From a virus: a stretch of DNA of 64,000 nt. The translations under genes were made by a program, and so were the position numbers. The first letter of the stretch is position 1. Every line of letters starts with the position of its first letter. The stretch covers positions 84,329 through 148,328 of IMG/VR virus record IMGVR_UViG_3300043446_003702; one strand, 5' to 3'. Positions 49,865 through 59,895 of the stretch are shown piece by piece. The notes beneath the pieces are model-generated. The model was not told where the DNA came from and made no database searches. It worked only from the letters and a program-made list of their open reading frames with translations.

Positions 49865-52800
49865 ATGGCAAGAAAACGCATATACGAGTACGTATTCACA
49901 CCAGGCACAGCAGGTCTTGGCACAGTCAAGGTTCAAAACCGTGTGAACCTGGATGACTTCTTGGCCATATACGACATTACCACCAACACATCAATTTACA
50001 ATTTTGGTGACAACACACAAGGTGGATCAATTGTTTGGACAGAAGGAACTGATGCAGATTTTCCAGCTGCCTATGCTGGTACTACCACCTTGTACTTGGA
50101 CAAGGACACTTCGGCATTGAGCAGTACAGATGATCTAGCTATCTATGTTGATGATCGCTACATCATGGCACAGCCTTGGGAAATGGGCATGGATGCAATT
50201 GGTCGTGCTAGAGTTGCCAATCCTGAAAGTTTGATTGATGCTGACTTTGAATATGGTTTGCAAAATACCAAGTGGCAGAACGTTAGCACTACAAATAACA
50301 TTCCTACTTTTTACGAGGACATTGGCGCCGACCTAACCTATAACACCAATGGTTATACAACACTGCTGGCCAGCACCAACCTGTTGACCAGCAATGTTGA
50401 CACATCGGTCAACACAGAAAATCAAGGCACACCGGCGTTTGTCAATGATGATTATGTGCTGATTGTGAGTCAAACGCAAGGTAATACCACACCTTTAGTG
50501 AGCAGTTATCTCACAGCTAATGTCAACAGTTCAGCAGAACGTACATTTACTGTGGCCAGTACCACAGGCATCAGTGCACTAGATAATATTTTGTTGATTG
50601 GGTTGCCCACTGCTGGTGGTACGACCACAGCAGTTTCAAACATCACCAGTGTAGCCACCACCACAGTCAACGTTACCAATGCATCAGCAGCAGGCATTGT
50701 GGCTGGCACTTATATCATTGTACAAACAGATACTTCTGGTGTATATGAAGTCATGGCAGTGACCTCGGTGTCAACCAATGCACTTACAGTTGTGCGTCAA
50801 AGCAATCAAACCAATGGTGCAGGTGCAAATATCAGCACCGGCAAAAATGTTTATGCAGTCAGCACCATAGAAGTTGCACAAGTGCAAGAAGTCACAGACT
50901 CTACCACGCTGCAATTGAATCGTGGTTGGTACAACATTCCTGCTGCCAACTCATTTGTGTCAGGATCTGTATTTCAGAAACTCAGCAGCAACGTTGAAAT
51001 TGTTAAAAATTCCACAGCCGCAACCAATGTCAATGGCACGCAAACCATTGCTAGATCACAGTTTAACACCACTGCTTTGACCACAGCTGGTGTTGGGTCA
51101 CCATTTATTAGACTCACCGGCATGTGGTATGGTGGGTCAAATACAGTGCCACAAATAGGTGTCAATGTCACAGATTCACCCCTGGATGCCAACGAATATG
51201 TCAGCACACAAAACACAGCAGCCAGCAATGCTGAAGGTGTGGAAATTGTTTATCTTGGTGAAACCAACAACTTTGGATACTATCCACGACGTGCACTGAA
51301 TCTAGATCCAGGCTATCCGTTGAATCAAACAGACACCATTATCCGTCAAGCCTATCCATATTCAGGTGCAGACTTTGATGTGGCCAGTGTGGCCAGCGAT
51401 GGCGGCAATCCCAGTATCATCACAGTGACCACAACCTATGCACATGGATTGTTCCCAGGTTGCCCTATCACAGTGGACATGACATCAGGCACCAACGCCA
51501 GTTATGCTGAAGGTTCGTTCATTGTCACTGCCATACCCAGCACCACAACATTTCAATATACAGCCAAAACAGGAGCTGTGGTGTCAGGATCACTGGCCGG
51601 CAATTTCTATGTGCGTAGCAATGCAGCTTTTTTGCCCCGACCATTTGATGGCGGTGTGTTGATTGGTCCAGGAACGCCCACACGTGGTGCGTCAGCAACA
51701 CGTACCACAAAGAAATACTTCCGCTACCAGTCTGGCAAAGGTATTTTGTTCAGCACAGGTACTGTGTTGGCACCCACATTTGATATTTCTAACATCACAG
51801 CCTCAGGCACAGCAGCTAACAGTAACATCACAGTGACCACAGATGTGGAACACGGACTCAATGCTGGTGCCACAGTCAGAATCAGCGGAGTAACCACTTC
51901 GGGGTACAATGCATCAGGTTACATTGTGACCAGTATCACCAGTGACACTGCATTTGTTGTACAAGCTCAAACCACGCTGGGCAGTACAACTCCTGTGTTG
52001 GGACAACAACCCAGACTCAATGTCACAAACTGGCATGGTGCCAGCATACGTGCAGGTATGTTTGATGATCAAAACGGTATTTTTTGGGAAAACGATGGCA
52101 TCAGCGTCAATGCTGTGTTGCGATCAAGTACCTTGCAACTGGCAGGTTTTGTCAACGTGTCAGTAGGATCAAATCTTGTGACAGGTGACGGTACCTGTAG
52201 ATTTCAAGATCAACTCAACGTAGGCGATACTGTGGTGATCAAAGGCATGACGCATTCAGTGGCATCAATTGCCAGCAACAATCGTATGACTGTGGTGCCC
52301 ACGTACCGTGGAGTTTCCAATCAAACCCGTGTCAAAATGACCTTGCGCAATGAATTGCGTGTGCGCCAAAGCGATTTCAACATTGATCGACTGGACGGTA
52401 CAGGTCCTTCGGGATTTACGCTGGATGCCAGCAAGATGCAGATGTATGCATTTGAATATTCATGGTATGGTGCTGGTACCATTATTTGGATGCTGCGCGG
52501 ACAAGATGGACAGTTTAACTGGGCACATCGTAGACCCAACAACAACTTAAACAATGAAGCATTCATGCGCTCAGGCAACTTGCCGGGTCGTTATGAGGCC
52601 ATCAATGAGACTCCTACAAGTTCACTCAATGGTGCAATTGACAACACTCAAACCACTATCACCTTGGTTGATGCCACCGACTACCCACCGGCCTCGGTAA
52701 CGTATCCTGCCTATGTCATGATTGACAGTGAAGTCATAAAGTACTCGGGCAAAGCAGGCAACACCTTGACTGGGTGTACCAGAGCAGCCACCTTTACGCA

Positions 52801-53821
52801 ATGGGCTGAAGGACAAAGTCGCAGTTACACCAGTAGCGCAGCAGCCAGCCATGCCGACAATGCAGGTGTGATATTGATATCAAACACTTGTGTACCCTTG
52901 GTTAACCACTGGGGTTCAGCCATTATCATGGACGGCACATTTGATGGTGACGAAGGTTTTGCATTTACCTACAATCGCAGCAACTATGGTCTGCCAGCCA
53001 CTGTAGGCGCCAGCCAAACTGCTTTCTTGATGCGACTGGCTCCTAGTGTTTCAAATGGCATCATTGGTGACCTTGGTGTGCGTGAGTTGATCAATCGTGC
53101 ACAGTTAACATTGCAAACACTAACAGTTAATGTTACCGCAGGACGTTATTTGATCACAGGCATTTTAAACCCCAACAACATTGACTCAGCCAACACAACC
53201 TGGGCCGGATTGAACAATGCTGGTGGTGGTTTCCAACCCAGCTTTTCGCAATTTGCTGTTGCTCCGCGCTACGCAAATGAAAGTACCGGCGGTGTGCAAG
53301 CCGCACCACTCAACACCACAGGCGGTTTTTCACGCTCGGGTACCATGGTAAGTTCTAGTTCAATCAAGACTTACGCCAACTTGACTCCCACTGTTGTTTC
53401 AAGTTCGGGTACAGGTGCCAACTTGACTGTGCAGTTACAGGCCAATAAAACCACCTACAGCACTACTACAACTTCTATCTCAGTACAAAACCCTGGAACA
53501 GGATATGCTGTTGGAGACACATTAAAAATTCTTGGCAATGCCTTGGGTGGCACCACTCCTACAAATGACTTGGCGCTGACAGTGACTGCGATTTCAGCAG
53601 ATGTCACCGGCGGTGAACGACTGTTTGCTATACCAATTCAGGCCACAGGCACTAATACCTTAGATCTTACAAAGATCAAACAGATTGGACAGAGTGCTGT
53701 GCCCGGAACAGGTACATATCCCAATGGTCCTGAAGTGCTGGCTGTGGTAATCACTGCGTTGACCACTGCCAGTTCACCAGTGGGTGAGATACAATTGAGT
53801 TTTGAGGAAAGTCAGGCTTAA
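49865..53821 (+). CDS. Large virion structural protein (beta-rich)
   Basis: 1318 aa, Thr/Ser-rich; PESLIDADFEYGLQ, KKYFRYQSGKG and YSWYGAG motifs; HGL..G..V small beta domains. Confidence 0.7.
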   Translation: MARKRIYEYVFTPGTAGLGTVKVQNRVNLDDFLAIYDITTNTSIYNFGDNTQGGSIVWTEGTDADFPAAYAGTTTLYLDKDTSALSSTDDLAIYVDDRYIMAQPWEMGMDAIGRARVANPESLIDADFEYGLQNTKWQNVSTTNNIPTFYEDIGADLTYNTNGYTTLLASTNLLTSNVDTSVNTENQGTPAFVNDDYVLIVSQTQGNTTPLVSSYLTANVNSSAERTFTVASTTGISALDNILLIGLPTAGGTTTAVSNITSVATTTVNVTNASAAGIVAGTYIIVQTDTSGVYEVMAVTSVSTNALTVVRQSNQTNGAGANISTGKNVYAVSTIEVAQVQEVTDSTTLQLNRGWYNIPAANSFVSGSVFQKLSSNVEIVKNSTAATNVNGTQTIARSQFNTTALTTAGVGSPFIRLTGMWYGGSNTVPQIGVNVTDSPLDANEYVSTQNTAASNAEGVEIVYLGETNNFGYYPRRALNLDPGYPLNQTDTIIRQAYPYSGADFDVASVASDGGNPSIITVTTTYAHGLFPGCPITVDMTSGTNASYAEGSFIVTAIPSTTTFQYTAKTGAVVSGSLAGNFYVRSNAAFLPRPFDGGVLIGPGTPTRGASATRTTKKYFRYQSGKGILFSTGTVLAPTFDISNITASGTAANSNITVTTDVEHGLNAGATVRISGVTTSGYNASGYIVTSITSDTAFVVQAQTTLGSTTPVLGQQPRLNVTNWHGASIRAGMFDDQNGIFWENDGISVNAVLRSSTLQLAGFVNVSVGSNLVTGDGTCRFQDQLNVGDTVVIKGMTHSVASIASNNRMTVVPTYRGVSNQTRVKMTLRNELRVRQSDFNIDRLDGTGPSGFTLDASKMQMYAFEYSWYGAGTIIWMLRGQDGQFNWAHRRPNNNLNNEAFMRSGNLPGRYEAINETPTSSLNGAIDNTQTTITLVDATDYPPASVTYPAYVMIDSEVIKYSGKAGNTLTGCTRAATFTQWAEGQSRSYTSSAAASHADNAGVILISNTCVPLVNHWGSAIIMDGTFDGDEGFAFTYNRSNYGLPATVGASQTAFLMRLAPSVSNGIIGDLGVRELINRAQLTLQTLTVNVTAGRYLITGILNPNNIDSANTTWAGLNNAGGGFQPSFSQFAVAPRYANESTGGVQAAPLNTTGGFSRSGTMVSSSSIKTYANLTPTVVSSSGTGANLTVQLQANKTTYSTTTTSISVQNPGTGYAVGDTLKILGNALGGTTPTNDLALTVTAISADVTGGERLFAIPIQATGTNTLDLTKIKQIGQSAVPGTGTYPNGPEVLAVVITALTTASSPVGEIQLSFEESQA

Positions 53822-54246
53822 TTCCCAGTCAAGGCAAGATACCGCTCCACACTGTTGATCTTATCTTGCACTGTTTCAACGTTGACTGTTGACCAAAGCC
53901 CAGGATGCATGGGCCTAGGCCATTGTCCACGGTCAATCCAGGCATAACCCATGTGTTCTTCATTGAGCACAGGTACAAATTCATTAGCAACAACACAAAC
54001 CCAGGTATTGTATTCAAATTGTGAATCTGCGGATGTAAACTTTTCCAAGGGAACCAAGCGTTGATACTCGGGCATTGAGCCTAATTCTTCAATGCATTCC
54101 CGTTCCATGGCACCCAACAGTGTTTCTCCAGATTCGACCTTGCCACCAGGTAGTCCCCAGGAGCCAGGATGACGAGTGTCATTGCGTAGTAGATAAAGAT
54201 ATCGTCCTGTGGCACTGCTGCGAAACCAAACTCCTACTGCCTTCAA
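53818..54246 (-). CDS. NUDIX hydrolase
   Basis: Nudix box GGKVESGETLLGAMERECIEELG; likely TTG start at 54246 overlapping the gp15 stop. Confidence 0.85.
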   Translation of the reverse strand: MKAVGVWFRSSATGRYLYLLRNDTRHPGSWGLPGGKVESGETLLGAMERECIEELGSMPEYQRLVPLEKFTSADSQFEYNTWVCVVANEFVPVLNEEHMGYAWIDRGQWPRPMHPGLWSTVNVETVQDKINSVERYLALTGN

Positions 54247-55646
54247 AGTACCAGTCTCCAGGTGCCTCCAGGATACACGCCTTGGTAACTCTTGACCCAA
54301 GCATCTCCAATCCAACGGTATTGAACGCCTGTGGTAAGATTGGTAACATATTGAGTGTTGTTGGTTTCTGTGGCAGACCTAAACACTACACGCCAGTAGT
54401 TGTTTGAATACTCAACAATGTCATTGGCCTGCGCCACCAATCCACGGCCATTGGAACCTACCCATGCACTAGCAGGACTGGGATTGTTAGATGATCCAGT
54501 GTCTTCTGTAAGCAAATAGCGTTGTCCGTTCAGTGCTGAATCCAAACCATCGCCGGGACCTGATGTCAAGGGATTGATTACAGCATCAATGGGATCCAAG
54601 GTGTTTTGGGGAGTAGTATCAATATCCACATCGAACAGTAAAAATCTGTCATCGTTGGGATCTAGTGCAATGGTACCTACAACTTCAGTTTCGTCTGGCT
54701 GTATCAATCGTATTTGACTGATGCCAGGACGTAGCGAACCGTACAAATCAATCACTGCCGGCCACAGTAAGTTTGAGTCTGGCACAATTTCTGTTGGAGT
54801 TACAGTGTCATTGCTAGGTTCTTGTGTAAGATACTTTTGTTGCAAACATTGCAGTTTGTTGCCAATTAGCACTGTGGCATAGTTAAACGGTGTAATAACC
54901 TGTCTTGTGCCCATCAACAGATCTTCGTTGTCAATGGCATTGTTTAGGTCCCCCTTGGCGTCATACATCGAAGCAATTACACGTTCGATTACACCCAGTT
55001 TCTTCACCTTGGCTGGGCTAGATATCCATATAGGCATGCTGAAAGTCAGGCTGGCAACGTCAATAGGATTTTCTGTACCAATGGGAATGGTGCGACTGGT
55101 CCATACGGTCCGGTCTAAGTACAGTGTGCTCAAACTGGTCCAGTCAATGTAGTTGTCAGTGCTTTGAATTTCCAAACTGGGATTGAACAGTGTGAGAATT
55201 TGTTCCAACAACTGTAGTTTTTGGTTTGTGTTTGATGTCCAAATGTCCAAGTTTATTGTTAGTTTAAATGGCACAGGCATCAAGCGTTCAATTGTAAATG
55301 CATTGCCTTGTGTGGTTTCGTATGTTTCTGTGATTGGATCATAGGTTTGTTGGCGCACATTTATTTTGCTGACAAAATATGGATCTTGCATACGAGTTTG
55401 TTCATAATCCAAGCCAGTGATATAAAAAGTCATCAACGGAGTTGACGGCAAACTGTTGCGTGAATTTTCTTGTATGATGGTTTGCGCATTGCGACTGGCA
55501 TCACCATACCTCACAGGCACACGGATCAGTGCGGCAGCATTTACTCCGTCATTTTCGTTGGCATACTCTACTTGAAAGCCTGAAAAGATTCTTGTAAACT
55601 GCAACAAGAATCTGCGTATCTGTTCGTCATAAAAAAATTGTTGCAT
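54243..55646 (-). CDS. gp15: Tail sheath stabiliser/tail completion protein
   Basis: FFYDEQIRRFLLQFTRIFS...VPVRYG...MPVPFKLTINLDIWT...QLLEQILTLFNP, with a C-terminal extension. Confidence 0.85.
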   Translation of the reverse strand: MQQFFYDEQIRRFLLQFTRIFSGFQVEYANENDGVNAAALIRVPVRYGDASRNAQTIIQENSRNSLPSTPLMTFYITGLDYEQTRMQDPYFVSKINVRQQTYDPITETYETTQGNAFTIERLMPVPFKLTINLDIWTSNTNQKLQLLEQILTLFNPSLEIQSTDNYIDWTSLSTLYLDRTVWTSRTIPIGTENPIDVASLTFSMPIWISSPAKVKKLGVIERVIASMYDAKGDLNNAIDNEDLLMGTRQVITPFNYATVLIGNKLQCLQQKYLTQEPSNDTVTPTEIVPDSNLLWPAVIDLYGSLRPGISQIRLIQPDETEVVGTIALDPNDDRFLLFDVDIDTTPQNTLDPIDAVINPLTSGPGDGLDSALNGQRYLLTEDTGSSNNPSPASAWVGSNGRGLVAQANDIVEYSNNYWRVVFRSATETNNTQYVTNLTTGVQYRWIGDAWVKSYQGVYPGGTWRLVL

Positions 55647-57061
55647 TATGTTCCTGGCGGTAAGAAGCCACCTTGATCACCATTGTCTGCTCGGGGTCGA
55701 AGAATTTCGCTCAAACTCTGACGACTTGGAATGTTGCCCAAGTCCTTGGTACTCACAGTAGCAGTGTTATTTACGAAGCCACTGCGCAGTGTTTTATTTG
55801 TTGGTCCATTGTTAAGATTGGTTCTAACCTTGTCGTCAACTTTGATCCAACGTGCACCATCATAACGGAACAAACGATTGGGTTTGTAGTCCAGTCTCAA
55901 CACATAAGTACCGGCAACTGGATTGGGCGGAAAGTTTACTCCTGGAGTCACTGGTATGCCATTGGGTGCTGTACCGCCGCCAGTGAGATAGCCAGCTGCA
56001 TAGCCTTCGCCTGTGGGGGTAACGCTCATGCCTCCTTGAGTTCCATCTACAGTGAGACTTTCATCAGCAGTCAAACTGGTGGGATTTGCAGGACCGCCAG
56101 TGGTGGTAGTTGGCTCAATATAGAATGTGGTATTGTCATAGCCTGACAGCGGAACTTCAACATCTGCTTGCGCCAAAATAGCATCATTGATTTCGTAGTC
56201 TTTTACACGGGTGCCTTGTACATCACTGATGGTGGCAGGGTCGTATGGTTCCCAGAAATTGGTGTCAGTGATGTTGGTGCCAGCAGGTGTGTTGACCTTG
56301 GCACGGAAATATTCATTGCCTTGGTTTACAATGGTATTGGCAGGATAAAAGTTACCCGGATCCCAGATGTTTTCTTGCACAAAAGGCTTGTTTGTGATGG
56401 TGTTAAACTCTTGCTGATCCTTCATGGGCGTACATTTTACACGCCACAAGTGCGGCAACCAAGTCACTGAAAATCCTTCGCTGGCAAAGTCTGCGTCCTG
56501 GATCACATAGTATCTAGGTAGTGCTCGTGGAATGTTTTGATTAAGCGGATGATAATCTTTTAAATTGGGAATTTCTATCACATCACCATTCATGAGCTTG
56601 CGACCAAATGTGTCAATCATGGTGTTGTAATGAAACGTCATGAATATTGTGTCGTTATTTAGAAAGAGCCCAAACTGTGTCAAATCAAAGTCTATGTCCT
56701 GTGTGTTGTACACCCCGCGCATGACGTACACATCAGGGTCATAAATTCGATCCCGATTTTCTAGTAACAACAAGTCTTGGATGTGCAACACGTCTACTGT
56801 TTCATATTTGGGTTGTGTTGCATCAAAATTACTGGGCGGGTTGTTGATTTCTGTGGCCAAATCAATGCTGACTTCGGTCTGTAAGTCCTTGTCGTTTTGA
56901 GTTTGTAATAGTTGTGCTGTGCCTCTGCTACCAGCCTGCGGGCCCAGATACTTGTGGATGTAGATATCCAGTCCGCCCACAGTGTACATTTCACGTATGG
57001 TGCGGTCTAGGAATTGATAGTCTCTGGTGCGATTTGGTCGGTATAGGGATAAGCGTGGCAT
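55646..57061 (-). CDS. gp14: Neck/head completion protein
   Basis: DLLLLENRDRIYD, FDLTQFGLFL and GRKLMNGDVIEIP; adjacent to gp15; TATAAATA at 57066-57073. Confidence 0.75.
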   Translation of the reverse strand: MPRLSLYRPNRTRDYQFLDRTIREMYTVGGLDIYIHKYLGPQAGSRGTAQLLQTQNDKDLQTEVSIDLATEINNPPSNFDATQPKYETVDVLHIQDLLLLENRDRIYDPDVYVMRGVYNTQDIDFDLTQFGLFLNNDTIFMTFHYNTMIDTFGRKLMNGDVIEIPNLKDYHPLNQNIPRALPRYYVIQDADFASEGFSVTWLPHLWRVKCTPMKDQQEFNTITNKPFVQENIWDPGNFYPANTIVNQGNEYFRAKVNTPAGTNITDTNFWEPYDPATISDVQGTRVKDYEINDAILAQADVEVPLSGYDNTTFYIEPTTTTGGPANPTSLTADESLTVDGTQGGMSVTPTGEGYAAGYLTGGGTAPNGIPVTPGVNFPPNPVAGTYVLRLDYKPNRLFRYDGARWIKVDDKVRTNLNNGPTNKTLRSGFVNNTATVSTKDLGNIPSRQSLSEILRPRADNGDQGGFLPPGT

Positions 57062-57099
57062 ATTATATTTATAGTACTTTGGGTTTACCTTGATCCGGG

Positions 57100-57128
57100 T
57101 TGACCAATAATAACGTTTCTGCTATAAT
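57100..57128 (+). promoter_or_regulatory. Strong sigma70-type promoter
   Basis: TTGACC, a 17-nt spacer ending in TGC, then TATAAT (extended -10). Confidence 0.75.
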
Positions 57129-57152
57129 TACACATAATTTACAGGAGCCCCA

Positions 57153-58289
57153 ATGAACGCCACACGCACAGTACTCAAACCCATGAATCCCAAAAGTGCC
57201 GACACCAAGTATGTTGGCGTGGAGCCCACATGGCGGGTGCAACCCACTGAAAATCGCATTAGTGCCCTGAGCTATGCGTTTGGCTGGTACAATTACTTTT
57301 ATGGCAAAAAAGAAGCCAAGGACATGATTGTGGCTTATTTGGATGCACACGAACGACCACGCGATGCCAAAAAAATACGCACACTGCCAGATTCACAGGT
57401 GCGACTCACCACAGGTTGGTTGTGCCGCATGCAAATGATGGGCTTGGATTTGAACCAAGCTGAAGAAACCAAACTGCAGGCTTTGATCAAAGAATTACTG
57501 GATCTCAAACAGCAGGCCGCGGTGGAAGTTGAAGCAGTGGATGAGCCTGCACGACCCAACATACAGGACCGATTGCGTGAAAAGGTTTCCGAATGTGCAG
57601 GTGAACTGGACGGCATGTTCGACGAATTTTTGATCAACGGTGCCAAAATGTCGGCAGACTACAAGCCCATCACAGTGATCCGTGGCATGAACGTGGCTCC
57701 ACAAATGATCTCAAACATTGCTGATATTTGGAAACGCAAACTGTCAGAGTTTGACGCTGTGATCGAGGGCAAAGATGCACAGTTGGTTGAAGGTTACAGT
57801 CATCTCACCAAAATACAAATGCGCAATCTTGTAAAGTTTTGCGAAGCTGTCATAAACGACTGTGGACAATATGTACAGATCAAGAAAGTGGAACGTAAGC
57901 CACGCAAGGTCAAGCCTGTGAGCCCAGAAAAACGTGCCGCAAAGTTCAAGGTACTCATGGAATTCGCCGAGCTCAAACTTAAAGGGCTACCGGCTGCAAG
58001 TCTTGTGGACAAGGCCGAAGCCTGGTTGTACGACACCAAGAAGCGCAAGCTCATACACCTTGTGGCCGACAGTCACACACAAGCGTTCACTGTGAAAAGC
58101 AACAGCATCATTGGTTTCAGCACCATTGAGACCATGCAGAAAACTGTGCGCAAGCCAGCAGATGTGGTCAAGGCTGTACAAGCCGCAGGCAAACCAGCCG
58201 CACGTAAGATCTACAAGGACCTGACCACAACAGAAACAGCATGGAACGCCCGAGGCACCGAGAACTTGATGGTGCTCAAGGCTTGGTAA
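57153..58289 (+). CDS. Hypothetical protein (early/middle, Lys-rich C-terminus)
   Basis: 378 aa with its own sigma70 promoter and an AGGAG SD. Confidence 0.7.
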   Translation: MNATRTVLKPMNPKSADTKYVGVEPTWRVQPTENRISALSYAFGWYNYFYGKKEAKDMIVAYLDAHERPRDAKKIRTLPDSQVRLTTGWLCRMQMMGLDLNQAEETKLQALIKELLDLKQQAAVEVEAVDEPARPNIQDRLREKVSECAGELDGMFDEFLINGAKMSADYKPITVIRGMNVAPQMISNIADIWKRKLSEFDAVIEGKDAQLVEGYSHLTKIQMRNLVKFCEAVINDCGQYVQIKKVERKPRKVKPVSPEKRAAKFKVLMEFAELKLKGLPAASLVDKAEAWLYDTKKRKLIHLVADSHTQAFTVKSNSIIGFSTIETMQKTVRKPADVVKAVQAAGKPAARKIYKDLTTTETAWNARGTENLMVLKAW

Positions 58290-58296
58290 GTACAGC

Positions 58297-59247
58297 ATGC
58301 ACCATATTGTTGACGAGGATCCGCAAGATCCTCGACTGTACATTCCCAATGTAGAATTTTACATCACCAACGTTTGTAATTTGACCTGTAGCAATTGCAA
58401 TAGATTTAATGATTATGATTTCAAAGGCTGGCAACGTTGGAGCGACTACCAGCAAGAATATCAAACCTGGGCCAGCCATGTGCGTTTACAACGCATTACC
58501 ATACTGGGCGGCGAGCCACTGCTGAATCCCACCATCTGTGACTGGGTAGATGGTATCAATCGCTTGTGGAAAAAATCAGTGCAGATACTAACCAATGGCA
58601 CTCGGTTGAACCATGTGCCTGGGCTGTATGATCGTATTAGCAAATTCAGCCATCCCACTACACCTTGGGTTAAAAATTGGATTGGAGTCAGTCTGCACAA
58701 CGGCCATGATCGGCAGAGGTGCTTTGATGAAATACATAAATTTTTGCAAGGATCAGTTGACTACTACAACCGAACTCATGGCGAGTCATATACCTGGGGC
58801 GCCGACCATGCGTTTGTAGACAGCAATGGCATGCGTGTGCATGTGTGGGAGTATGATTCATTTTATCGTGCTGCCGTACAAAAAAATTTACTGGGTCAGT
58901 ATGTGTTGTTTGACAATGACCCTGTGCAAAGTCATGCCGTGTGCGGATTTGCACAGTTCAAATGCTATCATTTCATACGTGCCAAACTGTACAAGTGTGG
59001 ACCTGTGGCACTGTGGCCAGAATTTGATCAGCAACATGCATTTGCAATTTCTGCTGAAGATAGATCATTGTTGACTGCTTATGAACCACTTACAGTCACG
59101 GCCATACCTCAACATGGCGCGGCATTTTTACGTGACATTGATCAAGTCATACCGCAGTGCAAATTTTGCCCCAGTGCCAAAGATCAGTTTAACACAAAAA
59201 TTTTTGCTCGAGGCAAAAAAATCAACAGTCAGTCACAGTTTACATGA
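58297..59247 (+). CDS. Radical SAM protein
   Basis: ITNVCNLTCSNC, ILGGEPLLNP and ILTNG; C-terminal Cys cluster (C..KLYKC...CKFCP). Confidence 0.85.
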   Translation: MHHIVDEDPQDPRLYIPNVEFYITNVCNLTCSNCNRFNDYDFKGWQRWSDYQQEYQTWASHVRLQRITILGGEPLLNPTICDWVDGINRLWKKSVQILTNGTRLNHVPGLYDRISKFSHPTTPWVKNWIGVSLHNGHDRQRCFDEIHKFLQGSVDYYNRTHGESYTWGADHAFVDSNGMRVHVWEYDSFYRAAVQKNLLGQYVLFDNDPVQSHAVCGFAQFKCYHFIRAKLYKCGPVALWPEFDQQHAFAISAEDRSLLTAYEPLTVTAIPQHGAAFLRDIDQVIPQCKFCPSAKDQFNTKIFARGKKINSQSQFT

Positions 59248-59873
59248 CCCGGATCTTACTTACATTGGGCGACAGTTGGCCCGAAGGCGCTGAACTAGGC
59301 GCAGGTCGACGTTATGGCGAAATACTCAAAGACACCATGGGATTTGATCAACTGTTAAACTACGGATCAGGTGGTGCCAGCAACGAAGACATGCTGTATC
59401 AACTACAGGATTATCTGCAATGCCACACAGCCGACTGTGAGGTCACTGCTGTGTTTTTTCTAACCAATCCTGCTAGAACTGCTCATTTTCCAAGGTTTTT
59501 GAGTTGGCACCAAGCCGATGCTCACAGCAAAGAAATTTACACTCATTTTCATACCAAGCAACACGAAATCATGCGTAGCAGTGCCACTGTGAGTGCACTG
59601 CAACACTGGTGTGATGCGTTTGACATCGACGATTACTATTTTGCTGGCTGGGTGCGATACACCCATTGGCTTCCAGGAGTTGACTTGGATCGTATCTGGG
59701 CCAAGGGCCAAGAAACCGCAGCCGACTGGTTTGGTGCCAGCGATCACAATGGCGAGCATCTTATCAATGTGCAAACCAATACATACATACGTCCAAATTT
59801 TGCTCATCCCAACCAACTGGGGCATGATCTCATAGCTGAAAAACTGCAAAGTTGGATCCAGTCAAAACAATAA
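59244..59873 (+). CDS. SGNH/GDSL-hydrolase-like protein
   Basis: LGDSWPEG, NYGSGGASN and HPNQLGHDLIAEKL. Confidence 0.7.
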   Translation: MTRILLTLGDSWPEGAELGAGRRYGEILKDTMGFDQLLNYGSGGASNEDMLYQLQDYLQCHTADCEVTAVFFLTNPARTAHFPRFLSWHQADAHSKEIYTHFHTKQHEIMRSSATVSALQHWCDAFDIDDYYFAGWVRYTHWLPGVDLDRIWAKGQETAADWFGASDHNGEHLINVQTNTYIRPNFAHPNQLGHDLIAEKLQSWIQSKQ

Positions 59874-59895
59874 ATACAGGTACCGGGAGCACCTG

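Noticed and set aside
39233-53821. Diversity-generating retroelement acting on the fibres
   Set aside because: No reverse transcriptase and no TR/VR pair with adenine-specific mismatches was seen.
12779-54315. ORF-track start codons at 12779, 27103, 35534, 37643 and 54315 (also 6886 and 11361)
   Set aside because: They run through promoters, terminators or upstream genes; downstream starts fit SD, promoter spacing or stop-start overlaps better.
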